From Dehalococcoidia bacterium (GTDB lineage Bacteria > Chloroflexota > Dehalococcoidia > GIF9 > UBA5629), in assembly GCA_028716085.1 (NCBI GenBank), contig JAQUQM010000002.1, positions 1 to 57,934 of the forward strand: a stretch of DNA of 57,934 bases. Direction: 5' to 3'. The notes beneath the pieces were generated by a model. It was not told where the DNA came from and did not search any database. It worked only from the letters and a program-made list of their open reading frames with translations. This document shows positions 9,353-19,534 of this stretch, piece by piece. Made by a program: the position numbers and the translations under genes. How positions within the stretch are numbered: the first letter of the stretch is position 1; each line of letters starts with the position of its first letter.

Positions 9353-12289
9353 TCAGATTTTCCTTGCCGATTTCCTGCCGGCAAGGAATGCAATGATGAT
9401 GAGAATGATGAGGAGGACTCCGAGGAGAGGAATCCACAAATTGTTCTGCAGGAATGAAAGTATGCCCGTTGATGGCGCATTATCAGCAGTCGGTCGGGCC
9501 GGAATCTTGCCGGTTATATTGCCTGTGACGGTAACGGGAGGAACAACGTTTACAGTACCCTTCGGTTTGTTTTCTGCCACACTGAACGAAAGCGTATTTG
9601 ACCATTCGCCGCTGCCTTTTTCACCCGTTGCCGCCTGTGTAACCCGTACTTTCCAGTAATATGTCTCACCCTGCTTGATATCCTTGTTATCGGGAAGAGT
9701 CCATTCCGGCGAGCGACGATACTGGGGAGAGACAGTTACCTGTTCCAACAGCTTTGTGAAGTTGTTGTCCCTGGCAAGCCACAGTTCATAAGCGCCGGCG
9801 GCGGTATTATGCTTCCATTCGAAGGTTATCTGGCCGATGGAATTGTCTTCGAGGTAGATGGGAATAACGTTATCCGGCCCGGGCGCTACGGCGACAGGTG
9901 CAGCGAAGAGCACCTCTTTGGGAGGTGGAGGCGGTGGTTTGTACGTGGGACCCCCGGAAAGACAGTCGCAAAAATGCCACAGCCTACCTGTGCCGGCAGC
10001 AAAATTGTAAGCCCGGTTGTCTATAGCCCAGAGGTTAACACCGGATGACAGCTTGAGCGCCACCGGTTCGCGTGTGAAGACAACACCCGGCTGGAGCCCT
10101 GTATTCAGGACGTCCCAGAGAATATCCGGCGGGACTACTGCTTCAGGATTGATGGAGCGGTCGACAACGGAGTTCGTGCCTCCGTCTGCTACACCGTACA
10201 GCGTGTTCATTTGCGCCAGACTCCAGTATCTCAGGTTGGGCGCCTGCATCTCGTTCCATACGGGCGCGCCGATCAGCCAGGCGTAGATGTTGCTGCCCGC
10301 ACCGTTGCTGGCCGCATAGATCAGGGCGCCTGCAGGAAAGCGGTAGTCCACTATGGCATGTACCTGGCCGGGAACAGGTAGGGTGGAGGTTCTGGAGAAT
10401 GAATTTCCGCCGTCGATAGAGAAGCTCACACTGCTGTCTGCAACGTCCCCACCGACAATAACAAGGTTGGTCGGTGTAGCAAAAATAGTATGCGCTGCGT
10501 TTAATCCGGTTGCTATCTGGCTCGACCATTGCGGGATCAGAGATGTGACATTGCACCTGCGTATAAAGATGCCGGAAAGGACATAGACATAACGGACATT
10601 GTTAATGCTCGTAACTGTGAAGTCGGTTATATTTGAGCCGGGCAGCATTTCTTTCCATATTTGACCCTGATCCTGTGATTGCCTGAAATCCTGGGTATTT
10701 CGTGAGGCGAAGAAGACGGCCTGGTCATTGCCCGTATTGCTCATACGCAGGATGACGTCATTGCTGGCTGACGTGAAGCAAAGGACGCGTTCCCAGGACC
10801 TGGCAGTCGCCTGGGCGGATGAACGCCAGATACTATCGAAGTTGGTGGCTCCTGTAGTGTTAATAGAGGCGAGGTACATGATGCTTGAGTCTTCCGACAC
10901 AACGACATCTCCCAGGGAATCAATTCTGGTATCAATCAGGCTGAGCTGGTTCCAGGTCCTGCCGCTGTCCCTGCTGATCGAGAAAGCAGATTCATCCAGG
11001 GGTACGATGTTTGCATATCCGGCGGGCCAGGCGCCAGGCGCGTTTAAGAGCGCGGAACTCGTGCCGCAATAGGCCAGGCTGCCATCGGGCGACCATAGAA
11101 CCTGGGCGTTTCCGTATCCGGAAGTGCCTGCGCCTGTGGGCGGCTTCTCAGCGGGGTACCAGCAGGTTGCCGGGCAGGTATTCGGCGCATCGGTAAACCA
11201 TGTCATAACCGTAGCCCTGGCGGGATCGCCCCTGACTTCACCGCAGAGCAGTTTACCCATGGCGTATGTGCCGAAATAAGCGATGCTTGATATCCTTTTG
11301 TTCCCGGATGCTGCCATCAGTTGATAAACAATATTATTGTCAATGCGGTAAACGCCGGGGTTACCACCCGTTGCATCGATGCTGATAAAAGCGCGGCAGA
11401 GACTGGGCGCCTGGCCTGAAAAATCAAGCGGCAGCTCGAGGTCAGCGGTTATAACCTGGTTGGCGAGAGGAGAAGTACCCGCTCCAGCGGCGGTTATTTC
11501 AGGCGGATTGCCGCCATAGACCGTATTCCAGTTCGTAGTATTGGTATTAGGGTCGCGTATGCCGACATTAAAGAATGTCCCGGCCAGGGTTCCGTATACT
11601 ACTGAGATTGAAGAATCGGTTCTGTAATTCGGCGAGAACTTAAGGGCAAAGACATCTCCGGCCAGTCCCTGGTCCACCCATGTACCGCCCGGGCTTGTTC
11701 CCTTCAGGCAGTAAACCGTACCCGCTCCGCCCCCGGTACGCGTTCCTGCAGCGACATCATAGTTACCGTAATTGAATGATATGGAAATAGCCCCTATATT
11801 GGCGGCGGCAGGGCAATTGGTATCGTACCAGTTCTGACCTCCGTCGATCGACGCGAAAACCCGGCGCGGCAAACCCCCTGTACTGGTTACTACAGCTACA
11901 AATGATGGATTGTCGGGCGCCAGAGCGATGTTCCAGGCGGGCAAAGCCGCACCTCCGGCTGTGAGATTATTCGTGATATCAGTCCAGCTTGCGCCGCCGT
12001 CATCGGAGCGGTAGAGCCGAAGATTAGCGGTATCAACGGCATACAGTATCCTGCCATCCATGCCGGATGCGAGCGCATTGATTTCGCAGGGGCTTACGAT
12101 CACGTTGAAATAGCTGTCGCTGGGAGTATCAACCATACTCCATATCATACTGCCTGCATTCACCGGGAAAGGCGCTCCCGAAAATAGAGTCAGGGCGCTT
12201 ATCAGCAGTAAAGCGATAGTCACTAACCGGCTTTTCAACATAATCAGACCGCAATTTGCCGTTTTAATATAAAGAACGCGACCGGACAC
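9353..12289 (-). CDS. Large secreted, C-terminally membrane-anchored BNR/Asp-box beta-propeller protein with Fn3-like domain
   Basis: Signal-like N-terminus (more likely start MLKSRLVTIALLLISALTLF at 12241). Repeated Asp-box motifs SDDGGASW, SIDGGQNW, SRDSGRTW, SQDQGQIW, SIDGGNSF. PPPPPP linker and an Fn3-like segment (ITFEWKH...YYWKVRV). C-terminal TM LWIPLLGVLLIILIIIAFLAG followed by RKSARKI. Confidence 0.75.
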   Translation of the reverse strand: MSGRVLYIKTANCGLIMLKSRLVTIALLLISALTLFSGAPFPVNAGSMIWSMVDTPSDSYFNVIVSPCEINALASGMDGRILYAVDTANLRLYRSDDGGASWTDITNNLTAGGAALPAWNIALAPDNPSFVAVVTSTGGLPRRVFASIDGGQNWYDTNCPAAANIGAISISFNYGNYDVAAGTRTGGGAGTVYCLKGTSPGGTWVDQGLAGDVFALKFSPNYRTDSSISVVYGTLAGTFFNVGIRDPNTNTTNWNTVYGGNPPEITAAGAGTSPLANQVITADLELPLDFSGQAPSLCRAFISIDATGGNPGVYRIDNNIVYQLMAASGNKRISSIAYFGTYAMGKLLCGEVRGDPARATVMTWFTDAPNTCPATCWYPAEKPPTGAGTSGYGNAQVLWSPDGSLAYCGTSSALLNAPGAWPAGYANIVPLDESAFSISRDSGRTWNQLSLIDTRIDSLGDVVVSEDSSIMYLASINTTGATNFDSIWRSSAQATARSWERVLCFTSASNDVILRMSNTGNDQAVFFASRNTQDFRQSQDQGQIWKEMLPGSNITDFTVTSINNVRYVYVLSGIFIRRCNVTSLIPQWSSQIATGLNAAHTIFATPTNLVIVGGDVADSSVSFSIDGGNSFSRTSTLPVPGQVHAIVDYRFPAGALIYAASNGAGSNIYAWLIGAPVWNEMQAPNLRYWSLAQMNTLYGVADGGTNSVVDRSINPEAVVPPDILWDVLNTGLQPGVVFTREPVALKLSSGVNLWAIDNRAYNFAAGTGRLWHFCDCLSGGPTYKPPPPPPKEVLFAAPVAVAPGPDNVIPIYLEDNSIGQITFEWKHNTAAGAYELWLARDNNFTKLLEQVTVSPQYRRSPEWTLPDNKDIKQGETYYWKVRVTQAATGEKGSGEWSNTLSFSVAENKPKGTVNVVPPVTVTGNITGKIPARPTADNAPSTGILSFLQNNLWIPLLGVLLIILIIIAFLAGRKSARKI

Positions 12290-12340
12290 ATAATAGTTTA
12301 ACTTAATTATACCTGTCTTTAATTAAGCAGTATGAATCGT

Positions 12341-14560
12341 TCAGGCCGGCAGCTGATCGGAGGGAATAATCTGGGAGGCGGCAATGTCAAGTTCGGGCAT
12401 GCCATCAGTGTAATGCGGGATGGGGGGTTTAAGCGGTTGTTTGGGCCCGTAATTACGTTCTTCGTTTATTGTTTCCAGTAAGCTGTAGACAATCTCCGTG
12501 GCCCCCTTATGGGTTCCTTTATGCCCTTCGAGCAGCTTGCAAACATGCAGTTCCCATTCGTTATATGTTTCTCTTGTCCAGGTAACCGTGCGGCCGCCGG
12601 CAAGAGCGGCGCTCTTTTTGTCACCCGGCGTGACCACTATGGGCTTGATACTGGTGTTTTTCCAGGGAGTAACTGCAGTGCGCAGAAGCTTCTTGGTGGT
12701 ATAACCGCACTCGATGGCGTTAGCAGGTTTTTCTGTAATAGAGTCGACTGTGGTGATGATTTCAGGCGCAGGCAGGCTCTTTTTCTCAGCAGTTGTAGCA
12801 AATTCGGGCAATTCGGGTGTTCCCAGCCCTTCTTTGCCGGATGCCAGTTCATCTTCGTATTTCTGAAGAAGCTCGCCGAATTTTTCCATGAGCTGCTCGC
12901 GGGTGGTCTGAGGTGATTTTTTCAGACCATCGCCGATCATAACGACGGTTGTCTGGGGAGGAGGCATGGCTGCCTGAGGAGGCATGGTGGGTGGGGGAGG
13001 TGGATATGCTTGATATAGCGGGGGTGGCGGTGCGCGCATGGGTGGGGGTGGGTATGGCGCCATCTGGGGTCCCCTGCTTCGTTTGGTCAAGGTATAGAGG
13101 CCGTATACTATCCCGCCTATGACGAGTATGGTAAGCGGTATGGTAACTGCCGGTGTTCCGTAATCAGTTTCCCAGTCAATGGTAATGGTTTTGGGCCCGT
13201 CGATGGTTACTGTCCCTGAAGTTAAAACAGCTTTATTTTTACCTCCGAAAAAACCCATAATACCGGGCATGGCAATTTCGGTGGGCGTAACACTCCACTT
13301 CGCTATATCCCCCTCCTTATACCAGCCGCTTCCCTGCACATTCCCGTATTTGGATATGATATCGAGTTTGATAAATACATCGTAGGTGGCAATGTATGTG
13401 CCGGGAGCTGTGACGGCAAAATTAAGCGTTTGTGATCTTATTTTATCGCCGCCGGGACCCAGCCAGTACGCGAACCTGTATTGCGATTCGGAATCCTTGG
13501 GAGCGCCGTCCGGAGCTGAGACCGTAAGAGAACTGCCCTCACGGTACCAACCTGAACCGGACACGCTTACCAAACCCGCTGGATCGGAAACCAGATCAAT
13601 ACTATACTCAGGGTAATAGGTAAATCGTACCTGGGAAACGCCTTCCGAAATTGTTGCAGAGCTGGATTCGGCTTTATACCTGACATCGCTATTGGAAGGA
13701 TCGCTAACGACTTGATCAACCGATACCGATACAGTGGCATCCGGATCCAGCCGCAGCCTGACGGATTCACCGCCCCGTAAAGTTGACTTGATAGCATTAT
13801 CTACATACAAATTTGTTTGGCCCGCCGTCAGACTCTGGGAAATGCTCACTACTACCTCGTAAGTTCCTCTTTCAACCGATATGGAAAAAGATTGCTGGGC
13901 GGTCGTAGAAGAGCTGGTCGCAGTGATTGTAAACACATAGTTGCCGGCTGTTCCCCGGGCAGGAACACCTGATATGGTGCCGGTGCTTCCCAGTGTGAGC
14001 CCGGAGGGTAGTGCCCCGCTGGTAAGAGCATATGTAATGGTTCCTGTTCCTCCAGTAGCTACGACATTAGCAGAATAGACCTGGCCGACTATGCCGTTGG
14101 GCAGGCTGGTTGACGAAAAAGTAAGCGGTGGCGAAATGATAGTGATGATGTAAGTATTACTTGTAGTTCCGGTGGGATCGGTGACAGTTACGCTGAGAGG
14201 ATATGTGCCTGCTGTAGTTGGAGTCCCGGTTAAAGTATTGCCCAAAGCCGTGAGACCTGGCGGAATACTGCCGGAAATAGACCATACGGGCGCGGTGCAG
14301 GTTGTGCCGTTGCATGTAGCTGAGAATATAAAACTGTAAGCCGTTCCTACGGTCCCGCTGGGTGGTGAGTTGGTAATAACCGGATTTGCTGCCTGAACAT
14401 CGCCCGGGATAAAAAGAGTTATGCCTGCCGTTAATAGAACAAGTATTAGTAAAAAACGCAACAGGGAGATTTTCACCTTTTTGAGATCCATATTATTACG
14501 GAGGTATTCCTTATACGACAGCATAGTTGGCTTTATGTCTGTATTATAATGACTATTCAT
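12341..14560 (-). CDS. Type-I membrane surface protein with putative Ig-like (cadherin/dystroglycan-type) domains, proline-rich juxtamembrane region and cytoplasmic domain
   Basis: Signal or anchor ISLLRFLLILVLLTAGITLF...VQA (alternative start near 14491). Repeated PPGLT...GTPTTAGTY and LPSGLTLGSTGTISGVPARGTAGNY motifs typical of the putative Ig domain family. TM IPLTILVIGGIVYGLYTL then KRSRG. Pro-rich PYPPPPMRAPPPPLYQAYPPPPPTMPPQAAMPPPQ, then about 200 aa of unrecognised domain. Confidence 0.65.
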   Translation of the reverse strand: MNSHYNTDIKPTMLSYKEYLRNNMDLKKVKISLLRFLLILVLLTAGITLFIPGDVQAANPVITNSPPSGTVGTAYSFIFSATCNGTTCTAPVWSISGSIPPGLTALGNTLTGTPTTAGTYPLSVTVTDPTGTTSNTYIITIISPPLTFSSTSLPNGIVGQVYSANVVATGGTGTITYALTSGALPSGLTLGSTGTISGVPARGTAGNYVFTITATSSSTTAQQSFSISVERGTYEVVVSISQSLTAGQTNLYVDNAIKSTLRGGESVRLRLDPDATVSVSVDQVVSDPSNSDVRYKAESSSATISEGVSQVRFTYYPEYSIDLVSDPAGLVSVSGSGWYREGSSLTVSAPDGAPKDSESQYRFAYWLGPGGDKIRSQTLNFAVTAPGTYIATYDVFIKLDIISKYGNVQGSGWYKEGDIAKWSVTPTEIAMPGIMGFFGGKNKAVLTSGTVTIDGPKTITIDWETDYGTPAVTIPLTILVIGGIVYGLYTLTKRSRGPQMAPYPPPPMRAPPPPLYQAYPPPPPTMPPQAAMPPPQTTVVMIGDGLKKSPQTTREQLMEKFGELLQKYEDELASGKEGLGTPELPEFATTAEKKSLPAPEIITTVDSITEKPANAIECGYTTKKLLRTAVTPWKNTSIKPIVVTPGDKKSAALAGGRTVTWTRETYNEWELHVCKLLEGHKGTHKGATEIVYSLLETINEERNYGPKQPLKPPIPHYTDGMPELDIAASQIIPSDQLPA

Positions 14561-14747
14561 ACGGTTGTCGATATCTCACTGCCGCAAATCTTTCTCCATG
14601 TCTTATGAAGGCCTATCAGAATTATATTAAAGAAATATTAGTAAAATATTAACCCGGTTGAACTAAAAGCCGTTTCCAGATTACAATGAATACAATTTTT
14701 TCGAAATGAAAGTGCGTTCTATAATTTAGATGTATTGATTAGGAGTA

Positions 14748-17090
14748 ATGATCTTGAAAGACAGCGAAGACAAACTGCATGAAAATTATAAGAATTTGCC
14801 GTTCGGTGTTCTTATAGTTGACGATGCATGCAATATCAAATATATCAACGAGATTTTCAAGCGTATCCTTGGCTTGCCCAAAGGAAAAACTCTAATAAAT
14901 TTGAATCTTTTTGAATTACCGAATCCAAAGGATACTGTGGTTCCTGATGCATTAAGACAATGCATGACGGAAAGAGAGTCTGCCGTATTAAGCTATCAGG
15001 CTACCCTGACAGGACAAAAAGAATCGAACTTCCAGATTTATCTGATTCCCCTGGTTAACAGCAGTAATGAAGTAACAGGTGCTCAGGCTTTTGCTCATGA
15101 CATCAGCCATACCATAGAACTGAATAAAACACTCCCTGAAACTGCCACGTCACATATATCGGCCACTGATAATAACACCATAGAGGTTCAGCACTCAAAG
15201 CTGCAGGATGAGCTGGCACTGAGGGCATGGCTACTGGATGGAGCCACCGACACCATATATGTCCACGATACTGTTGGCAAGATGCTGTATATTAATGAAA
15301 CGGCCTGTAAGATGCTCGGATTTACTAAAGAAGAAATAATCGGCGTCGATTCCCGGAAGCTGTTGCCTCCCCGGTATGCCAGGTTTTCCGACCAGCAAAT
15401 TGCCTTTATTCTGGAGAACGGGGAAGCGAATTTTGAAACGGAGTATCTCAAAAAAGATGGAACATCTGTGCCCGTTGATGTGCACAGCGCGATGTTAACA
15501 TTAGGCGATAAGCAAGTGATAATGGGAGTGGCGCGGGACATATCCGAACGCAAGATGGCAGAAGAAGCTTTGAAAAGGTCCGAGGAAAGATTCCGCACAG
15601 TACTGGAAGATATGGAAAACGGATATTTTGAGCTGGATCTCAAAGGTAACTATATTTTTGTTAACGATGCAATGTGCAAAATACTGGGGAGAAGCAGACC
15701 TGACATTGTCTCAGAACACTTCAATAGTTTCTCCGACAAATCAGACGAGCGTTTCACGGAAAACAGCGAAAATATTATGAACGACACTATCAATAAAGGA
15801 GTGACGATCTCCGGTACCAGCGGCACCATAATTAAAGGAGATGGCAGCAGAAGAACGATAGGTTTTTCCATTTCTCCGATGAGAAATGCCGCCGGACGCA
15901 TAATTGGTATGAGGGGAATTACGCGTGATATAACGGACCGCATCAAGATAGAGCAGCAGTTGTTGATGGCGGGTAAACTGGCGTCAATGGGGGAACTCGC
16001 TGCCGGAGTTGCACACGAAATAAATAATCCGCTTACGGCAATAATGGGATATGCCGAATTACTTTTCAGCGACCAATCTTTACCCCCGGAGATAAAAGAA
16101 GATCTGGGTAAAATTTACAGTCAAAGCCAGCGCGCAGCCAAAATTGTGCAGAACTTACTCACTTTTGCCCGCGGCTACAAGATGGAGCATAAGCTTATTA
16201 ATATCAACGAACTGTTAATTAAGACACTCGATTTACGTTCTTATAAGCACAGGGTGACCAACACCAATGTCAGTATAAACTATGATCCCGAAATACCTGA
16301 GATACTGGCCGACGAGAGTCAAATACAGCAGGTATTATTGAATCTCATCGTGAATGCTGAGCAGGCAGTAGCATTAAACAAGAGCGGTGGCAAGATAAAT
16401 ATTACTACCACCCATGAGAACAATATGGTGAAGATATCCGTAGCGGATAATGGCTCCGGCATACCCGAAAAATACATCGATAAAATATTCGACCCGTTCT
16501 TTACTACAAAAGATGTCGGACAGGGAACAGGTTTGGGATTAAGTGTGTGTCACGGTATTGTCAGTGAACATGAAGGTACAATATACGCGGAGAATCTTGA
16601 GGAGGGTGGCGCCATTTTCACCGTAGAATTACCTGCTACTGAAAAAACTCCCCAGGCAGCTATAGAATCCGCAGACCGCTCAAAGCTCGACAGGCGGAAA
16701 CATATTTCCAGAAATCGAGTAATCGTTGTAGATGATGAGGAAATAATCAGAGACATTCTGACCAGAATTCTTACCGAACACGGTTATGATGTAGACACCG
16801 CTGCAAGCGGCGTGGAAGGGTTACATAAGATCGAACAAGAAAAGTATGATATATACCTCCTGGATTTGAAGATGCCCGGAATCGACGGCCAGGAATTGTA
16901 TGAAAAGATATTGGCAATTGGTCCGGCTGATTTGGTCAGACGGGTAATTTTTATCACCGGGGATACTATTACTAAGTCAACTATGGAATTTTTAGAATCT
17001 ACGGGGAGGATTTATTTTAATAAGCCTCTTGAATTTACCAAGTTGATAAACTCCATGCAAGAGATACTTTCGAGTAAAGAAACCAATTAG
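14748..17090 (+). CDS. Hybrid sensor histidine kinase (multiple PAS domains + HisKA + HATPase_c + C-terminal receiver)
   Basis: PAS-like segments (for example [13 protein letters not shown] and [14 protein letters not shown] junctions); H-box [13 protein letters not shown]; N-box [11 protein letters not shown]; G-boxes DNGSGI and GTGLGLS; receiver VIVVDDEE...[15 protein letters not shown] taggag and a tataat-like box lie upstream. Confidence 0.9.
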   Translation: MILKDSEDKLHENYKNLPFGVLIVDDACNIKYINEIFKRILGLPKGKTLINLNLFELPNPKDTVVPDALRQCMTERESAVLSYQATLTGQKESNFQIYLIPLVNSSNEVTGAQAFAHDISHTIELNKTLPETATSHISATDNNTIEVQHSKLQDELALRAWLLDGATDTIYVHDTVGKMLYINETACKMLGFTKEEIIGVDSRKLLPPRYARFSDQQIAFILENGEANFETEYLKKDGTSVPVDVHSAMLTLGDKQVIMGVARDISERKMAEEALKRSEERFRTVLEDMENGYFELDLKGNYIFVNDAMCKILGRSRPDIVSEHFNSFSDKSDERFTENSENIMNDTINKGVTISGTSGTIIKGDGSRRTIGFSISPMRNAAGRIIGMRGITRDITDRIKIEQQLLMAGKLASMGELAAGVAHEINNPLTAIMGYAELLFSDQSLPPEIKEDLGKIYSQSQRAAKIVQNLLTFARGYKMEHKLININELLIKTLDLRSYKHRVTNTNVSINYDPEIPEILADESQIQQVLLNLIVNAEQAVALNKSGGKINITTTHENNMVKISVADNGSGIPEKYIDKIFDPFFTTKDVGQGTGLGLSVCHGIVSEHEGTIYAENLEEGGAIFTVELPATEKTPQAAIESADRSKLDRRKHISRNRVIVVDDEEIIRDILTRILTEHGYDVDTAASGVEGLHKIEQEKYDIYLLDLKMPGIDGQELYEKILAIGPADLVRRVIFITGDTITKSTMEFLESTGRIYFNKPLEFTKLINSMQEILSSKETN

Positions 17091-17114
17091 TATATTTCTT
17101 TATTGCTGCCTGGA

Positions 17115-17657
17115 TCACTTAATTTTGAGAGGGAGCCCGGCAGCCATAAAATATACTTCATCCGCATGCTGTGCTAAACGCTGATTTACACGCCCTAAAA
17201 TATCACGATAAATACGCCCCATCCGATTGTCTGGAACCAACCCCAAGCCGACTTCATTGGAAACAAGGATACATGATGATTTATCGGTACCCATGAATTC
17301 AAGAAGACCGTCAATTTCTATAGCGACTTCCGAATCAACATCCTTATTTGCATCTTGTTTGCTCATAACATTGGCGATTAAAATGGTAATACAATCAATC
17401 ACAATTACATCGTAATGTTTCTCCAGGCCGGCAAGTATCCGCCCGACTCCGGAAGGAGCTTCCAGAGTATCCCAGCCAGGTGGACGTGAGAGTTTGTGTT
17501 CATCGATACGGGATTTCATTTCTTCATCGAGAGCCTCAGCGGTAGCACAGAACAACACCTTGCCTCCGATTTGAGCGGCCGTGTTTTGAGCCAGAGCGCT
17601 TTTACCGCTTCTGGCGCCTCCCAGGATGAGAATATTTTTTTTAAATACGCCTGTCAT
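17115..17657 (-). CDS. cobU: Adenosylcobinamide kinase / adenosylcobinamide-phosphate guanylyltransferase
   Basis: 180 aa; P-loop LILGGARSGKSALA; CobU/CobP size and layout; last gene of the cob operon. Confidence 0.9.
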   Translation of the reverse strand: MTGVFKKNILILGGARSGKSALAQNTAAQIGGKVLFCATAEALDEEMKSRIDEHKLSRPPGWDTLEAPSGVGRILAGLEKHYDVIVIDCITILIANVMSKQDANKDVDSEVAIEIDGLLEFMGTDKSSCILVSNEVGLGLVPDNRMGRIYRDILGRVNQRLAQHADEVYFMAAGLPLKIK

Positions 17658-17676
17658 TACCGTTAATAAACATATT

Positions 17677-18441
17677 TCATATCGGCAAATGGAAATCGGG
17701 AATTTGGAGGTGACTTCTGGTAAGAATAATAATTAGAATCAGGCTGAGTACCTCGCCTATTTCATTAATGGCTCCGTAGCAATCACCGGTCAATCCGCCA
17801 AAGTGACGGTTGAGAAACGCGCCGAAACCGAACATTAATAAAAATAATACGGCACAGAGGATCAAACCCTTCAGTATTCCAACAAGAACCATTGCCACAA
17901 CTAAAGCCGTCACTGTGGCAATGGTCAATTCTCTCCATGTGGCTAGCTTTTTAGCGGAAAAACCCATACCTTCCGGTTTGGCCGAAGGAAAAATCACTAT
18001 TGAACTTGCCATCGTCCAGCGGCTGAGGACCGGCATAACCAGTAACGTAGAACTGCTTATGATGAAATTAAGGCTTACGTATTTTGTCAGCAGGAGCAGG
18101 CAGGCGCCGACTATTCCAAATGTGCCAACACGTTTGTCGCTCATTATCGCCAGTCTTTCTTCGCGTGTTTTCCCCGCTGCCATCGCATCACAGGTATCTA
18201 CCAGACCGTCAATATGGTGGGCTCCAGTAAGAATTGCTAATGCTGCTATCAGCAAGATGCTGATGACAGGAGAAGGAAGGATAAAAAGCAGCAAGTAATT
18301 TAATACGGCCAGGATAGACCCCAGAAGCAGACCGATCAACGGGAAATAGGCGAGCGCTTTACCAAGGTTAGCTTCATATTTGTCCTTTAAATACGGGACC
18401 GGGATGATGGTTAGGAAACGTAGAGCCCTGATAATGTCCAT
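17677..18441 (-). CDS. cobS: Adenosylcobinamide-GDP ribazoletransferase (cobalamin 5'-phosphate synthase)
   Basis: 254 aa polytopic membrane protein; FLTIIPVP N-terminus and HxDGLxDxxD-like motif (HHIDGLVDTCD) typical of CobS. Confidence 0.9.
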   Translation of the reverse strand: MDIIRALRFLTIIPVPYLKDKYEANLGKALAYFPLIGLLLGSILAVLNYLLLFILPSPVISILLIAALAILTGAHHIDGLVDTCDAMAAGKTREERLAIMSDKRVGTFGIVGACLLLLTKYVSLNFIISSSTLLVMPVLSRWTMASSIVIFPSAKPEGMGFSAKKLATWRELTIATVTALVVAMVLVGILKGLILCAVLFLLMFGFGAFLNRHFGGLTGDCYGAINEIGEVLSLILIIILTRSHLQIPDFHLPI

Positions 18442-19518
18442 TTATTGTCGCTCACATGTTGTTGAGGTTATATCGGTGACATTTGCCGATTCGAAGGTAG
18501 CCATTTGCGTGAGAATGTTGGCTGCAGACTCAACCAGAAAAATGCCCAGCGCGGATCCCGTGCCTTCGCCAAGACGCATATTCAGGTTCAGCAAGGGTTT
18601 CAAACCCATAGAATTCAGGCAGATGCTGTGCCCGTTTTCGGCAGAAAGATGTGATGCGATCAAATAGTCCGTGGCTGCAGGGCATATCCTGGTAGCTATA
18701 AGAGCTGCTGCTCCGGAGATGAAACCATCGATGACTACCGGAATTCTGTGCGCTGCTCCGGCTAGCATCAGACCGGCCAGTCCGCCGATTTCAAAGCCGC
18801 CAACCTTTGCAAGTACATCGATAGCATCGCCGGGATCCGGCTGATTCACCTGCAGGGCTTTTTGAATAACTCTGATTTTAAGGGCCAGTTGTTGATCGTC
18901 AATACCTGTGCCCCTGCCTGTTACTTTAGAGACAGGTTCTCCGGTCAGGGTAGCAATAATGGCACTTGCAGCAGTGGTGTTGCCTATTCCCATGTCGCCT
19001 GTGCCGATAATATCCAGCCCTCTCTCAATCTCAGCCTCAACGATTTCGATACCGGTCTCCAGACAAGCCAGGACCTGCTGTGTGGTCATCGCAGGCCCAA
19101 GACACATGTTTTGTGTGCCGAAATCGATCATCCTGCAGATCAATCCTGGGGTGTGAGGGAAGCCTCCAATGACACCCATATCTACAATGACCAGACGCGC
19201 ATCAATCTGTCGCGCCAGCACGTCAATAGCGGCGCCGCCATTCAGAAAATTCAAGACCATCTGTCTGGTTACCTCTTGGGGATAAAGACTTATTCCCTCA
19301 CTGACCACGCCATGATCAGCCGCCATGGTTATGATCACTTTGTGATGAATCGCTGGAAAAGGACTAGCCTGGATGCCTGCGAGTTTGATTGATATGTCTT
19401 CAAGTAAGCCCAGGCTGCCCCGTGGCTTGGTTAGCATAGCCTGTCTCTGACAGGCTTTTTCCACAGCTCCTGAATCCAGAGGACGAATTCTTTTAACGGT
19501 TTGTTCGAGTATATTCAT
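18442..19518 (-). CDS. cobT: Nicotinate-nucleotide--dimethylbenzimidazole phosphoribosyltransferase
   Basis: 358 aa; GDMGIGNTTAASAI and LGEGTG motifs of CobT; its stop codon (18442-18444) directly abuts the cobS start codon at 18441. Confidence 0.92.
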   Translation of the reverse strand: MNILEQTVKRIRPLDSGAVEKACQRQAMLTKPRGSLGLLEDISIKLAGIQASPFPAIHHKVIITMAADHGVVSEGISLYPQEVTRQMVLNFLNGGAAIDVLARQIDARLVIVDMGVIGGFPHTPGLICRMIDFGTQNMCLGPAMTTQQVLACLETGIEIVEAEIERGLDIIGTGDMGIGNTTAASAIIATLTGEPVSKVTGRGTGIDDQQLALKIRVIQKALQVNQPDPGDAIDVLAKVGGFEIGGLAGLMLAGAAHRIPVVIDGFISGAAALIATRICPAATDYLIASHLSAENGHSICLNSMGLKPLLNLNMRLGEGTGSALGIFLVESAANILTQMATFESANVTDITSTTCERQ

Positions 19519-19534
19519 GGTTTAAAATATTGAT

